Origin: Pinctada imbricata
Lineage: Eukaryota
Assembly: GCA_033119305.1 (NCBI GenBank)
Contig: VSWD01000008.1
Span: forward strand, 62,068,347-62,132,346
Reading direction: 5' to 3'
Length of the DNA: 64,000 nucleotides
The notes beneath the pieces are model-generated. The model saw nothing but the letters and a program-made list of their open reading frames with translations. It ran no database searches and had not been told where the DNA came from. Shown one piece after another: positions 50,664-62,657 of the stretch; the stretch's first letter is position 1, and each line of letters opens with the position of its first letter. Made by a program: the position numbers and the translations under genes.

Positions 50664-51070
50664 GCTGATGATTGTGACATAAATGCCATTGCATAGGTAG
50701 AAATTGGGTCATTCCCCGCTTCCTTAAATTACATATTTTTACTTCCATCTGTGACATTAATTGTTTAAAATCCCTCTTAAAACGGAGACATTACACAGTT
50801 TTCAATCCAAAGCCATCTACATTGTTGTTGTGACACACTGGAAAGACCGATGCTTGCGATTAGAGCGGAGACCATGTCACATCACAACAACCGATTTAGG
50901 TGGAATTTGAGTGATAGATATACAAGGTGATTGAAAACTATCATCTCACCATTTTTAAGAGAGACTTTAAGCCATGAATGTCGTAGATAGAAGTAAAAAT
51001 ATGTCAGAAAGCTGGGAATGACCTAATAATACCCATGCAATGCAATATGGTATTCATGTCACAATCATGA
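50664..51070. mobile_element. MITE-like element with ~100-bp imperfect terminal inverted repeats (ATGATTGTGACAT...GGTCATTCCC...). It has an internal palindrome and no ORF
   Basis: Left arm 50664-50780 against the reverse complement of 50945-51070. TSD not resolved. Confidence 0.35.
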
Positions 51071-51157
51071 CCACAATACGGGTAGTTCTATCGGCAGGCA
51101 GGTCCATCTCCCTAAATAAACTTATGAATTGCCGACAAAGGATTTTGGTAAGGGTAT

Positions 51158-51634
51158 CAGTCAATGTAGTCCGACTTGCAGACCTACGACGGTGTTATCT
51201 GTCTTTTCGTCTTCGGTCTGACTGCTATGCATAGGCAAAACTTGAGAATTTCGGTGCGAAATTAATTTCGGCAAGTCGTCCTTTTTTTTTTGGACAAATT
51301 CCAGTCTCTTCAACCAAAAAAGAAGTCACCCAGTCCTCCTGTCCCTAAAATGTCCCCTCCAAGCCTAGTTTCGCCTCTTCCTCTCTTCCGATTTTCCTCT
51401 GATCGACTACATTTTGTCATACGCACAGAGGTGAAACCAGGCCTAGAGGGAATTTTTTAGGGGCTGGAGGACTGGGTGACTTATTTTTTGGTTGAAGAGA
51501 CTGGAATTTGTCAAAAAAAGGACGACTTGCCGAAATTAATTTCGCACCGAAATTCTCAAGTTTTGCCTATAGATAGCAGTCAGACCGAAGACGAAAAAAC
51601 AGATAACACCGTCGTAGGTCTGCAAGTCGGACTA
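51158..51634. mobile_element. Foldback-type MITE. Its ~185-bp arms are ~97% identical (TAGTCCGACTTGCAGACCTACGACGG...). The loop is ~110 bp and the perfect 9-bp TSD is CAGTCAATG
   Basis: TSD at 51149-51157 and 51635-51643. The arms were read and compared base by base. Confidence 0.6.
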
Positions 51635-51963
51635 CAGTCAATGGCACATAATACATGTAAAACTGCCCTTGCTTGAATCGCAAGAAGGATTTCAGTTTCC
51701 AAAATGAGCTGCAGACTGTGGTGGATTTTTTATATGCAACATACATCATACTTTATGTGATAATTGACCCTTCCGATTGCGGAGAAAAAATGCAAAATTT
51801 TGTGTCGTCACAATACTTTTACCTCGGACAAACAAGCTTCGAACCTCGGTCAAACATCAAAAGTGCATTGTGACGTCATGGAATTTCTCAAATTTTTCCC
51901 GCGTTCGGAAGGGTCAATTGATTCTGCATGGAATGAAAATAAAAGTCTCAAAGTATCATATAC

Positions 51964-52105
51964 CCCCATCTGCAAAGTCTCTCGATAGATTTTTTTTAGG
52001 TCTTGTCAGTGGGAAAGTATCAATCCAACTGTATAACTCCTCCAGTTCTGCATCGTCATACTGATCATCGTTTTCTGAAACTGTAAGTTTGTCCAATGAT
52101 GCCAT
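51964..52105 (-). CDS. SPEF1: SPEF1-like gene B exon 1 (start codon at 52105): MASLDKLTVSENDDQYDDAELEELYSWIDTFPLTRPKKNLSRDFADG(G). Donor G|GTATAT
   Basis: Matches the human SPEF1 N-terminus MASSVDEEALHQLYLWVDNIPLSRPKRNLSRDFSDG (memory). Phase-1 exit is completed to Val by exon 2. Confidence 0.7.
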
Positions 52106-53936
52106 CTGAGTTGAAGTACTGTTTAAATTCGTTTCTTTCAGTACACACGAAAAATAAACAGCTAGGGCCCTTTCTTCTTTCCGCCGAGGAGTGTTGTTGT
52201 CGCAACGGGATCCCACAATGCACCGCAATTGTACTTTACCGGAAGTGCTTTTCCAAGTACAGTCGTAATAAATAAATTTCTTCAGGTGATATTATCATCT
52301 CTTTGTCACTCTCTCTTTCTTTTTCGACACGAAACCTATTATGTTTGTTTAATTCTTATTAAGACTGAAATCTCGGTGTGTTTTAATTAACCTGTAAGTA
52401 CAGTCATATCGCCACACTCTAGATGCCAGTTGAAATGTGGACCACGGCGCATTTGGCCTCCGTTAAAGTTTAAAACTTATAGTATGAAGTTCTTATGAAA
52501 ATACAATTCCTGTAGTTACTTTCAGCAAAATACATATATCTATAAGAACTCTTATTTCCTTCTAACCATTGTCCAGTGGAATAGACTCCCTTGCAGTGTT
52601 GTCTCACTTCCAAAAATGGAACAGTTCCATTTTGCGCCAGTCTGCTTTATTTTGCTTTTTGCTTGCATTCTATGCATTTTCTTTTAGCTTGTTGCATTTA
52701 TGTTGCTGCATGCTTTAGATGTAGTCTATTTTAGTTTGCTTGTTGGTGCATGCCTTTTAGTTAGAGCTTATGGCTTTTTTTTAAATTATTTGTGATATTT
52801 TCTATATGTCTGCTTTGTGTTTGTGTGCATGCTTTTTAGTCTGTTAATTGTTACTTTGTACAGTTTTATATATTTGTTTGTCGAAATACAAGCTCTTCTG
52901 AGCTTATGTTTGTAGTTAAAATATTCGACACAAAATAAAGATTCTGTATCTGTATCTGTTGGAAGTGAGCATGCTGTACCACCTTAGACCGCGGTTTAAC
53001 AACTTGCTTTTATCTTTTAATTGTGAATACTATTCCATCTGAACAGAACTTTAAACTCTTACTAATTTTTAAACCATGCTTTTGAATTCTTTTTTATACC
53101 TATCTGCTAAATCTGTTAACTTGCAGCGCACCCTGTAAAAATAATATGAATCAAGGCAAAGCCTTTTTGTGCGAGCGGAGAGAAAATAGATATGATTATA
53201 TAAAATAAAAAAAGATCTTTCTTTTTTATTTTGACTATGATAGTTTATCTTATCTTACAACACTTTCTGTTTGATGATTGCCAAAAAAGGTAGTATAAGG
53301 CGAGTGGAAACACGGAAGCATTTGTAAAATTGATCTAGACCAGCAGATGAACATTTTAAGGGGGGGGGGGGGGGGCTTAAAATATGGTTCTTTATAATTC
53401 ATTTTTATTTTGTAAGAATAATGTTTAGGCTAGCTGAAAATAAATTACTTAAGAACAAAAGAAAAAACAAATATATTCATACTTCTGACAGTACGAAACC
53501 GCCCGAGACGAGAAAAGCAATCAGAGCGAAACGTCTCGTTTAAAACCGGAAATGTCGGATTTCCCGTGGTTACGCCGTCTTGTTGGTGCTTTATCGTTAC
53601 CTGATTTACGAAAAATGTTTTCAATAAATTTAACTTATAAACAAAAATTGAGTATAACATATACGTCTACTTGGAGTCGAAAAAAAAATAAATTAAATCG
53701 AAATATCCAGCATCTCCGCAGCAACTCTGTCTGCGAGGGGACGAAAGTTTTTGAAAGCATAGTAGTACATTCTCATTCTTTGATTCAGCATATTTTCTCA
53801 ATAAGATATGTGTATACACGTTACCATAAGGGCGAGCTTCGCTCGCTACTAAGTCCAGATATTGTGATGTGAAAATTGGGTACTTGAAATACCCCATCAT
53901 TTCTGTAGTAAAACGTACAGGTCTACCTTTAATTTA

Positions 53937-54047
53937 ATTTCAATGGAAACTGAGCTCGAGGAGCTTCTTTAATTTTTGTCTAGCGCAACCTCAGGTTGCG
54001 CAAGACAAAAATTAAAGAAGCTCCTCAGTTTCCATTGAAATTACCTT
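53937..54047. repeat. Near-perfect palindrome of ~110 bp (caatggaaactgag(ctcgag)gagcttctttaatttttgtctWgcgcaacc mirrored around tcagg)
   Basis: Read directly; the arms differ by a 6-bp indel and one substitution. Confidence 0.55.
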
Positions 54048-55244
54048 TAATTATTCCGAGTTTACTTGTTTTATTCATACATAAAAGTTTCGAAATTAAA
54101 AACAGATTTCAAAATGGGTCATAGATAACATCAATTTCCTCCCAGTGTGTGAATTTGTCCTAAACGTATTTGAATTTTTCAAAAAAAGCCAGAGGAAAAC
54201 GTTGCATACATAAAAAAAGCAATGGAAATGGCGCCGACAACACCGGTGCGAAGGGACGTTACTCTGGGTGGAGAATGATGCTTGTTTGTGTAGTTGTTCG
54301 CATGATTTTACTGATATTTTTTATGCACGTGTGAGATTCGCTGTTTACATTAAGTCAGAAATATCCATGACATCCATTTATAGAATTTTAGATGCTTATA
54401 TTTATGTCGTTATTTACATTTTATCCATAAATACACAACTGAAATAAAGCGTGGTTCGTATTTTTCATATCACTGAAATGAAACATAAAGGAAAAAGTGA
54501 TGAAGATCCAGACCGTGCTACCTTTATATTGTCTTGAAGCGACACGAAAAAAAAGATAGTGATCGTTCTATTAAAAAAAAAAAAAAAAACTGTCGCACGT
54601 CAAATATATGATATACTTTTTACACTAAGAATTAAATAAAGCTAGGCTACAAAAAAGGTACGTATATATTTTATATACATTGCTGGTTCATAAAAGTTTT
54701 GAGGATTTTTTTTTTATTTCCACGAAACAATACTGCAATCCAAATATCAGCCCCCTTTCCATTCAAAGCTACAACAATTTCTCCCAGATTCACCGATTTT
54801 CTCCGTGCAGCATATTGAATCGGCGGGAAATCGTTGTACAGAGCTGATTGAATGGAAAGGGGTGAGGGTGCTGGGACTTTGCTTGCAGTATGATTTCATG
54901 CAAATAAAAATAAAGTCATTATCCTAGCAACCAGCCCCCTGTGGTACTTGCTAATTACGTGCAGCGGAGTTTGATCGGGTTGAAAATCCACAATTTTGGT
55001 TAAATGACCTATTAGTATTAATTCAGTATACTTTAAAACTCCGTTAAGAAATTGACAAGAGTACATGTAAGTGTACATGCAGTGCTTGTGGAGAAAGAAC
55101 AGAAATGAGTCAGAGCCAATTAGACCAGTCTGCGGTACAAGTTTGGCTCAAAACTTGCTCTCTGTGATATTGAAGTGAAATTCCGAGCGCATGTCGTAGA
55201 GATGTCAAAAATTTGTCAGACGGATCAGAGCGAAAAACACAACT

Positions 55245-55430
55245 AGGGAACCTTGAAAAAAAAACCCACTACTAAGGGACATTGAAAAACACAACTGTAG
55301 GGGGGACCTTGAAATACACAACTATAGGGGGACCTTGCAAAACACAACTACATGTATTGAGGGACCTTGAAAAACAGAATGGACCTTGAAAAACACAACT
55401 AAGGGACATTGAAAACACAACTATAGGGAG
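55245..55430 (+). repeat. Minisatellite with a ~27-bp unit (gggaccttgaaaaacacaactataggg), ~7 copies
   Basis: Read directly. Confidence 0.7.
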
Positions 55431-55638
55431 CATGCACTTGCTTCACATATACGAGTATTACATGAAATTTAGTGAAATGCTGTGTGACGTTTGCGGAAGA
55501 AAAGTCGAAAAATTTGCGACAGTCTTGCTTACCGAATCACCCCATAATTTTGGCGAAAGACATTGAGTAATTCATCGAAATTCCGTGCAGTGATTTAATG
55601 CGCAAGTCACTTGACGGATAGATCACTAAAAGAAAAAA

Positions 55639-56109
55639 TCTGTGTTTGTGAAACACGAATGCCCCCGTTGGCATCTTTGTCAGTAAAACAGATGAAAAGT
55701 AGTTTCACATTTGAGGTCAAGGTCACAAGGTCAAATTTAGTATTCATGGAAAAGTATTGCCACATGGAATTCATATGTGAAATATGAACGCCCTATATAT
55801 CACTTACCATTCAAAAGTTATGGCTAATGTTTAAATTTTCGACACCGTATTAGGTCAAACTCCAAGGTCAAAAATTTTGGTATCCATGGAAAGGTCTTGT
55901 CACAAGGAATACACATGTGAAGTATGAAAGCCCTATCACTTACCATTCAAAAGTTATGCCCAAGGTGAAAGATTTTCAAAAGTAGGTCAAACTCTAAGGT
56001 CAAGGTAACAAATTTTGGTATCTAAGGAAAGGTCTTGTCACAAGAAATGTGAAATATGAAAGCCCTATCCTTCACCATTTAAAAGTTACGCCCAATGTTA
56101 AAGTTTTTC

Positions 56110-56142
<33 letters not shown>

Positions 56143-56316
56143 ATGTCAAAAATTTTGGTATCCATGGAAAGGTCTTATCACAAGGAATACACATGTGAAA
56201 TATGAAAGCCCTATCACTTACCGTTCAAAAGTTATGGCCAAGGTTAAAGATTTTGCAGACAAACAGACAGACAGACCAAAAAGTATATGCCCGAATCTTT
56301 GATTACGGGGGCATAA
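55639..56316 (+). mobile_element. Family F3 element (4-5 units)
   Basis: 5' tctgtgtttgtgaaacacgaatgcccccgttggcatc; 3' (ACAGAC)n..tatatgcccgaatctttgattacgggggcat. Confidence 0.65.
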
Positions 56317-56614
56317 TAAAAATATTTGCTCAGATGAGGTCATTAAAGCAGGGACTTCGATTTCCTCACTTTACCGTCATTCAAAGGAAAACAAAGTAAA
56401 ATTGTCCCCGGCGGAAAACCGAGCCAAAAGTGGAAAACTGGATCAAACACACATCCAACAAAATTCCTTAGATGAATCCCCACTGGATGATATAAAACCA
56501 AACGCATTGTTTTTCTTACCGACAAAGATACGAACATACGTACACCGAGAACTATTCAGTTCCTTCTAAGCTCGCAGAAGAATCCAATAAGAAGTTTATC
56601 CTTGAAAATTACCT

Positions 56615-56810
56615 GATTTGATCAACCTCAGCATCTTTGATATTGATCAACCTCAGCATCTTTGATAGATTTGATCAACCTCAGTATCTTCGAAGGATTG
56701 ATCGACTTCAGCATCTTTGATAGATTTGATCAACTTCAAACCTTAGCATCTTTGATAGATTTGATCAACTTCAAACCTTAGCATTTCTTACATATTTGAT
56801 AAACTTGGGC
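56615..56810 (+). repeat. Minisatellite with a ~30-bp unit (gatttgatcaacctcagcatctttgata), ~7 copies
   Basis: Read directly. Confidence 0.7.
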
Positions 56811-59800
56811 ATTTTTGTAGCAAGATGACCGTGTGATGTTTCTTCCTGCAATAAGATCTTGTTCCATTCCATGCAGTGACTGTGTAAGAGAAACCGTTTA
56901 CAGACGACAGACGGGATGACTTTGACATTAACTTCAGGTAAGTAATGAATAACAAATCTGATTCTATAGGTCATATATTTAATTCAAAATGAGGTCAAAG
57001 GAAATGACAACAAAACTGGAAATTATAAGATGATATGTGGGCAGGTCGGTATAATGATTTTTGTTAAATTATAGAAGTCAGAGTTCATACAATTCTTTAC
57101 ATTTCAGTATTCAACAAAATAATAATCTATTACATGAGTACGTAAGTGCTAATGGAAATTATTCTTTTTCTAAACAGTTGTTGTTTATTGATCTACATCT
57201 AGGGCAGTGAGTAATGCTTTTTGATTTCCATTACTAGGGTCGGTCAATAAAATCTTAATCACATTTCAGACTGTAAGTTACAAAGCTGACACTCTAATCT
57301 TTAAATCACCCTCGCAACCCCGAGTGTTCCCTCTTAAAGAATGACACAGAGTTGGGTGGGTTGAATATCTTATAATAATAATAATGTTTATAATCTATGT
57401 TATGACTAGAAAAATAGGATTTAAATGAAAATAAATACATGTATGTTATAAGAGAAATGGTCAGTACAATGAGAGGAGATGACTGAACAAGGGAAAACGA
57501 GGGTTTTATTTTATAATTCAAAACATGTAAACCAATAACCAATAGTAACCAATGACATTAACAACGAGTTAATAACAGATAATATTGTATACATATACAA
57601 TTTTGGTAAAATATTTTTGAGAATGTTATAAAACAATATGAAATCCCCCATAACCAAGAGGAGAAAAAAATCCTCACTCAAATGATGTATACATTAACCA
57701 AAATTACATAAACATGGTTGTGCAGCAGCACATTGTGCTAAAAATTAGATCATCAGAGTTGTCAGTGATGATGTCAGTATCGATAGATATTGAAATTCGA
57801 TACATCGAAGTTCGATAGGATTTTCTTTAATAAATATTTGTTGTTTTTTAATAAACTTTTACTTGTCTTATTTCACATTGACACAAGTACTTTTTTCACT
57901 TCAAAGCGAGATTCAAGTTTCTGTACACACAGCACATGGATAAATAAATTAACATATCTCAAAAGTATCGAGGGAAAACTGTTCTTACTTCTGTTTCGTA
58001 TTCAGTTTGAATTTATGTACATTAAGCAAACTTATTTTAATACGTAAAATCATCAACAACTTCTTCTCACCATAAGAAGGCCGATGTATGAACATGATTT
58101 ACATCAGTGACAACTCTTCAACTTTACCACATTAATCAATATTACAACCTATGGATTCTATCATGCTTATGTTATAATTCGAAACATCCTTAACTTTGTA
58201 GGCCAAACTAATTAAGGAAAGACTATACTAATTCTTCCCAGTTAAAGAAATGTAGTAACTGAAACAATAAAGACTCAAATTTGAGTTTTCATGTTATTTT
58301 CTAGATATATAGCAAAACAGAAAGGTCAACAGGCTCCAAATAATATTCATTATCACTTATTTTACTTTTAATTAATGATTATAGGAATATTGAAATATTC
58401 AAAATAAATACATTCAAATGAAATGGAATAAGAGTATATGCGACAAAAAAATCCACAACTTGCATGTATAGATTTACGGACAATTCCTTTCAAACATTTG
58501 AAACAACCAATCATTCCCTGAGATTGATTTGGTGCAATATGCATAAAGTATTCTGAAGAAAAATATTTTCCGTTGTTTATAAAGACCCCGAATAATTCAT
58601 TTGTATATCTCCGTTTCTATGGTTAAATTTCTATTGCTGGTGTCAATCCTATTTTTTTCTTAAATACCATGTCATTCTCCGTATGTTCTTTATTAGTTGA
58701 TTTGTACATTTTAAAATACAGCATTTTAAAATAAATTCTTTAGCATCTATACAGCAACAAAGCATCGAAATGGACGATATAAAAACCCCTTCAGAAAATG
58801 AAGAGGAATAGTAACAAAGAGAGAAAAAAAAACCATAAATTCAATAGAAATTTCACAGAGTCCTTTCTTTCATTATAAATACAATATGTACAGTAACACG
58901 GAATTATTCGTTTATGTACAACATGTTGACACTTGTATTAATGAATATTAAAAGAACACATTTTTTTTAAATCTGACAACAAATAAATATATAATTTTGG
59001 CGTACTAATATACCTATACTAGTATTTCTCTCTTTTTAATACAATGCCATTCTTATTAGCAGTTTAGTAGGTAAGCTTGCCAAAAGACAAAACGAAAATC
59101 AAGCAAACCTGTTCAGAATGAATACCTGAAACATTAGACCGAAACAGGCCAACTTGATTTTTGGGGGGTGTAAAATCAAGTTGACCTGTTTTGGTGTACC
59201 GAAATATGTGCAAATTCAAGGAAGAATTCTCTTGCATGTAAGATTGAGCTTTTTATTGTTGACCCTCCCCCTTTTTAAGAGACATAATTACATGTACATT
59301 GTCCTTCCAGATTACAAAAAAAAAAAAAAAATCCAGATCTGCACATTTCAAAGAAAGAGAGCAACAAATGTTTATATATTTTAAAACATAAGATGCCTCA
59401 CTTTTTCGATTCCATCTTTACATAAACATTTGGCAATTCTATATTCATAGTACCATCAATGTCACACAATACTGATTCGTAAGATTTGTTCACATCTAGA
59501 ACACAATCGTCGTAAGACCTATTGAAGAAACTAAACTGATATTTCTACACGTGCAAAGTAACATCATACAGTGCTGTGCATCCACGATGTTTCATCTCTT
59601 ATAGAACAGCATAATTTTAGAATCACGAGGGCTTGCAAATACTGAAATATTACAAAAAATAGACTTTATTACTAATCCAAAAGAGAAATTAGCTTTGTAT
59701 TTTTGACTGATTCTGGTGTTTGATGTCATATTAAGGAGCTCATCCCCCCTATTTTGATTTGACTCAAAAATATTATGCTAATAATGAATTTCTATGACGA

Positions 59801-60505
59801 CGTTTATTCTCAGCGTGAATCCTCTTGTCCCCGTAGCCTCCACTTATGACTGCAAACAAAGTATAACACGCTTTATTAAGGTACATCGTTTATATATGTT
59901 TGTACAAGATACCTTCAAAGCAGATAGATCGACATGCATATATATACAAAATTGTGATTTAAGAGTAAGGACAAGTATTCGATGAGTATTATTAGCTACC
60001 ATGTGCAATGTGGTGACGAAAAATTGCACCATCACCGCTGAACTTGGGTCGATTCAATGAGAAAGATGCAAAGCACAGCTTTTTTTTTGTGATTCCTTGT
60101 AACAACTACTAGTATGAGTATTAAGGGACGATTCTGATGAAATTCTGACTCAAAATACATTGTTTTCTAGCTTTTCTAGTTTTTATATATCAAGAAGATC
60201 ATTTTAGCTGCAGCAACAAAGATTTGATTTCAGCTCCATGCATTTAAAACATCCGAAAAAGCCTGACAAAATAAAGCGTTCTAAGAGTTGAAGTATGAAT
60301 ACTTATTTCATTAAATGGATTCAAATTTGAATTTAACAGCGTCAAATTAAAATATGTGACCTCTGAACTCGCATCATCTTCGTTGAATTGATAATGATAT
60401 AAAAATCTCATCAAAATCCAACTATCTCCTATTACAGACAAAAACAGCGAATGAATAAAGCCTTTCTAATTTTAAAAACAGCGAATGAATAAAGCGTTTC
60501 TAATC

Positions 60506-60640
60506 TTATCTAAGATAGTGTCGTCTGGAAACCAAGCTCAACATGCCTTGTTCTCTGGCCATTTGGTGTTGTAGATCATTTATCCTGGTATCCTTCAGAT
60601 GTAACAGGTGTTCAAGTCGACGAATTTTTGAATTGAGCAT
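60506..60640 (-). CDS. SPEF1-like paralogue C, downstream alternative terminal exon: MLNSKIRRLEHLLHLKDTRINDLQHQMAREQGMLSLVSRRHYLR*. Acceptor tttatag. An AATAAA signal follows the stop
   Basis: 45 codons; paralogue of the exons at 19762, 20004 and 61109. Confidence 0.55.
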   Translation of the reverse strand: MLNSKIRRLEHLLHLKDTRINDLQHQMAREQGMLSLVSRRHYLR

Positions 60641-60968
60641 CTATAAATGACAGGAAAGGAAACAAGATCAAGAATCAATGAGAGTACACAAATCGGCTAA
60701 CTAGTAATGTTCAATTGATATTTCACATATAAGTGATTCACTATGTTCCCTCTAAGATTCTTCAGTTGAATATCACTTGAACAAAGTGAGCTCGCCAGGA
60801 GCTGCGAAATACGTTTCAAAAACTAAACCACTATAGGGAAAGATCGATAGCTTGAACCGTGGTTTAATCCGTCCTTCTCCAAAGGCAAGTAGCTTTCGTA
60901 AACTAATAGTACGACTTCTATATCTGAGATACGTTTTCTTTTTATTTCGGTCAGTACATTTGATCCCA

Positions 60969-61109
60969 CTAGTATCTAATAAAACGTTGTTTTCGTGGTC
61001 CTACATAGTAAAGACCATGTTCGCGCGCTAATTGTTCTTGAAGATCAACAAGTCTGTTGTCCTTAAGTTGCAATAACTGCTCGAGACGTCGAATTTTCGC
61101 ATTTAGCAT
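60969..61109 (-). CDS. SPEF1-like paralogue C, upstream alternative terminal exon: MLNAKIRRLEQLLQLKDNRLVDLQEQLAREHGLYYVGPRKQRFIRY*. Acceptor tttgtag
   Basis: 47 codons; in phase with exon 62657-62525. Confidence 0.55.
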   Translation of the reverse strand: MLNAKIRRLEQLLQLKDNRLVDLQEQLAREHGLYYVGPRKQRFIRY

Positions 61110-62524
61110 CTACAAACGAGAAGAAAAAAATATGTGAGAAAAGAAGGTGGTAGTGATGGGAACTGATCAGTCAAATCTTATCAACTTATTTTTATTCATT
61201 TATTTACTTATCTTCGCGTTAAACAAGCATTTTGTGTGTAGTATGTGCATTACAAAGAACCTCCTTCGGCAGTAAATTTTCTTAAGATGAACTCTTGAAA
61301 TATTTAAGACCAAGACGAGAGGAAACTAATGACCTCATTCGGTTGTAACAGTAGGGTACTAGAATCAGTAAGATGTGCTGATGATAACATTTGACTGATA
61401 AATTACACGAATGAAAAACAATTACTCGTGACATAATTTGTACAAAAACACAAATAAAGTGTTAGCATGAACAAAAATGTTAGATTTCAGAAACATGGCA
61501 GCTGGCGTTCACTATAGAAATTTTAGTACTAGGCCTATTTCAGAAACGGTAGTAATTCTCCACTTTATAAATGCCAGCATGCCATAGTCGGTACAAGGTC
61601 ATTTTTTTAGAAATAGCATTGAGTGTAAGCTTCATTTATGAATTTAATACTGAACTGTACGTCAAAGTCCAAACTAAAAATTTGAAAATGGTAGTGGATG
61701 CCCCCTTCAAAAACGACACTATACCAAAATCTTAAATTGAAAAGAATCCAACGCACGAAATATGTCAATACATTACATGTACTTTTGGAATGTAATCACA
61801 TGACAACTAATAGCATAAAGTCACCAATAAAGATGTCAAAACATCTTTATTTGCAGCCTACCCTTACCACACCCTATATTTCTTTGATGTTGTAGAATGG
61901 CAAGTCTGCAACATTCGGTAGATATGAAATAGTTATTTTGGTTACAGCAAACAGAAAATATAGGTGCATGTGCAAAATGGAAGGTAGTCGTATTTTTGAT
62001 ATACATTTAACAATCGACTCGCGATTGAGGAGAAAAGAACTTGCGGCGAACCATCTTCATAAATCGCGGGTCCGATACGTCCGTCGTCCTACGGAGAGTA
62101 GGACGACGGACGTATTGGACCTGCGATTTATGGAGATGGCGGCGAACATGATTCACGATAATCTAATATAGTCACGATGCAGATTTTCTCTGAGGACCTA
62201 CGCGATATAACATCGGGAGAATGTAGCTAGAGGTTGTTGCTGAAAATGTTGTCTATCATATTAGTTTCCTTCAACTAAACTGGAAGTTTTCATTGATTTG
62301 TACCGAAATTAGGCTTACTTCTTGACGTTTTTCATCCTTTTACGATTTTTTGGTGTTTTTGTAGCCGTATATTTCAGTGCAATGCTTTAAAATCGAAAAG
62401 TTTATTTGATATTTCAGACAGCCATACATTTGACCTCTTATCGAAATCTGAACCACTTGAAAAATTGGGCCTATTTTCCAGCTATCCGAACCTTCTCCTT
62501 TCCTAGATTCTGAATGTTACTTAC

Positions 62525-62657
62525 CCTTATAGTATCGTCCTTGGCCATGCACTCCATCTGTTTTTCTTCCAGGTAACTTCTTGGCACATTGTCTATATGA
62601 GGGTAGATGTACAGTGGTGGATTTTCTAAGTAGTTCTTCCCATCAAAATGGTACGAT
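62525..62657 (-). CDS. SPEF1-like paralogue C penultimate exon: (.)SYHFDGKNYLENPPLYIYPHIDNVPRSYLEEKQMECMAKDDTIR. Acceptor gattttgcag; donor AGG|GTAAGTAAC
   Basis: Consensus splice sites on both sides. Paralogous to 21885-22011 and 12006-12157. Confidence 0.55.

Noticed and set aside
51956-52228. ORF 51956-52228 (minus) extending 41 codons upstream of MASLDK
   Set aside because: The homology to SPEF1 starts at the internal Met. The upstream part (MRCIVGSRCDNNTPRRKEERALAV..) is 5' UTR read-through, and the ORF's 3' end runs past the GT donor into the intron.
52105-52300. Possible RFX X-box (gttgtcgcaac / gttgcgacaac) upstream of the SPEF1-like start codon
   Set aside because: It matches only one half-site pattern loosely (11 bp, not the 13-14-bp GTTGCC-N-GGCAAC palindrome). 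This is too weak to call without a PWM score.
53552-53872. Plus ORF MSDFPWLRRLVGALSLPDLRK.. next to a CpG-containing stretch (53480-53600)
   Set aside because: The peptide is short and low-complexity, with no donor site at a sensible position. It is noted only as a possible promoter-proximal region.
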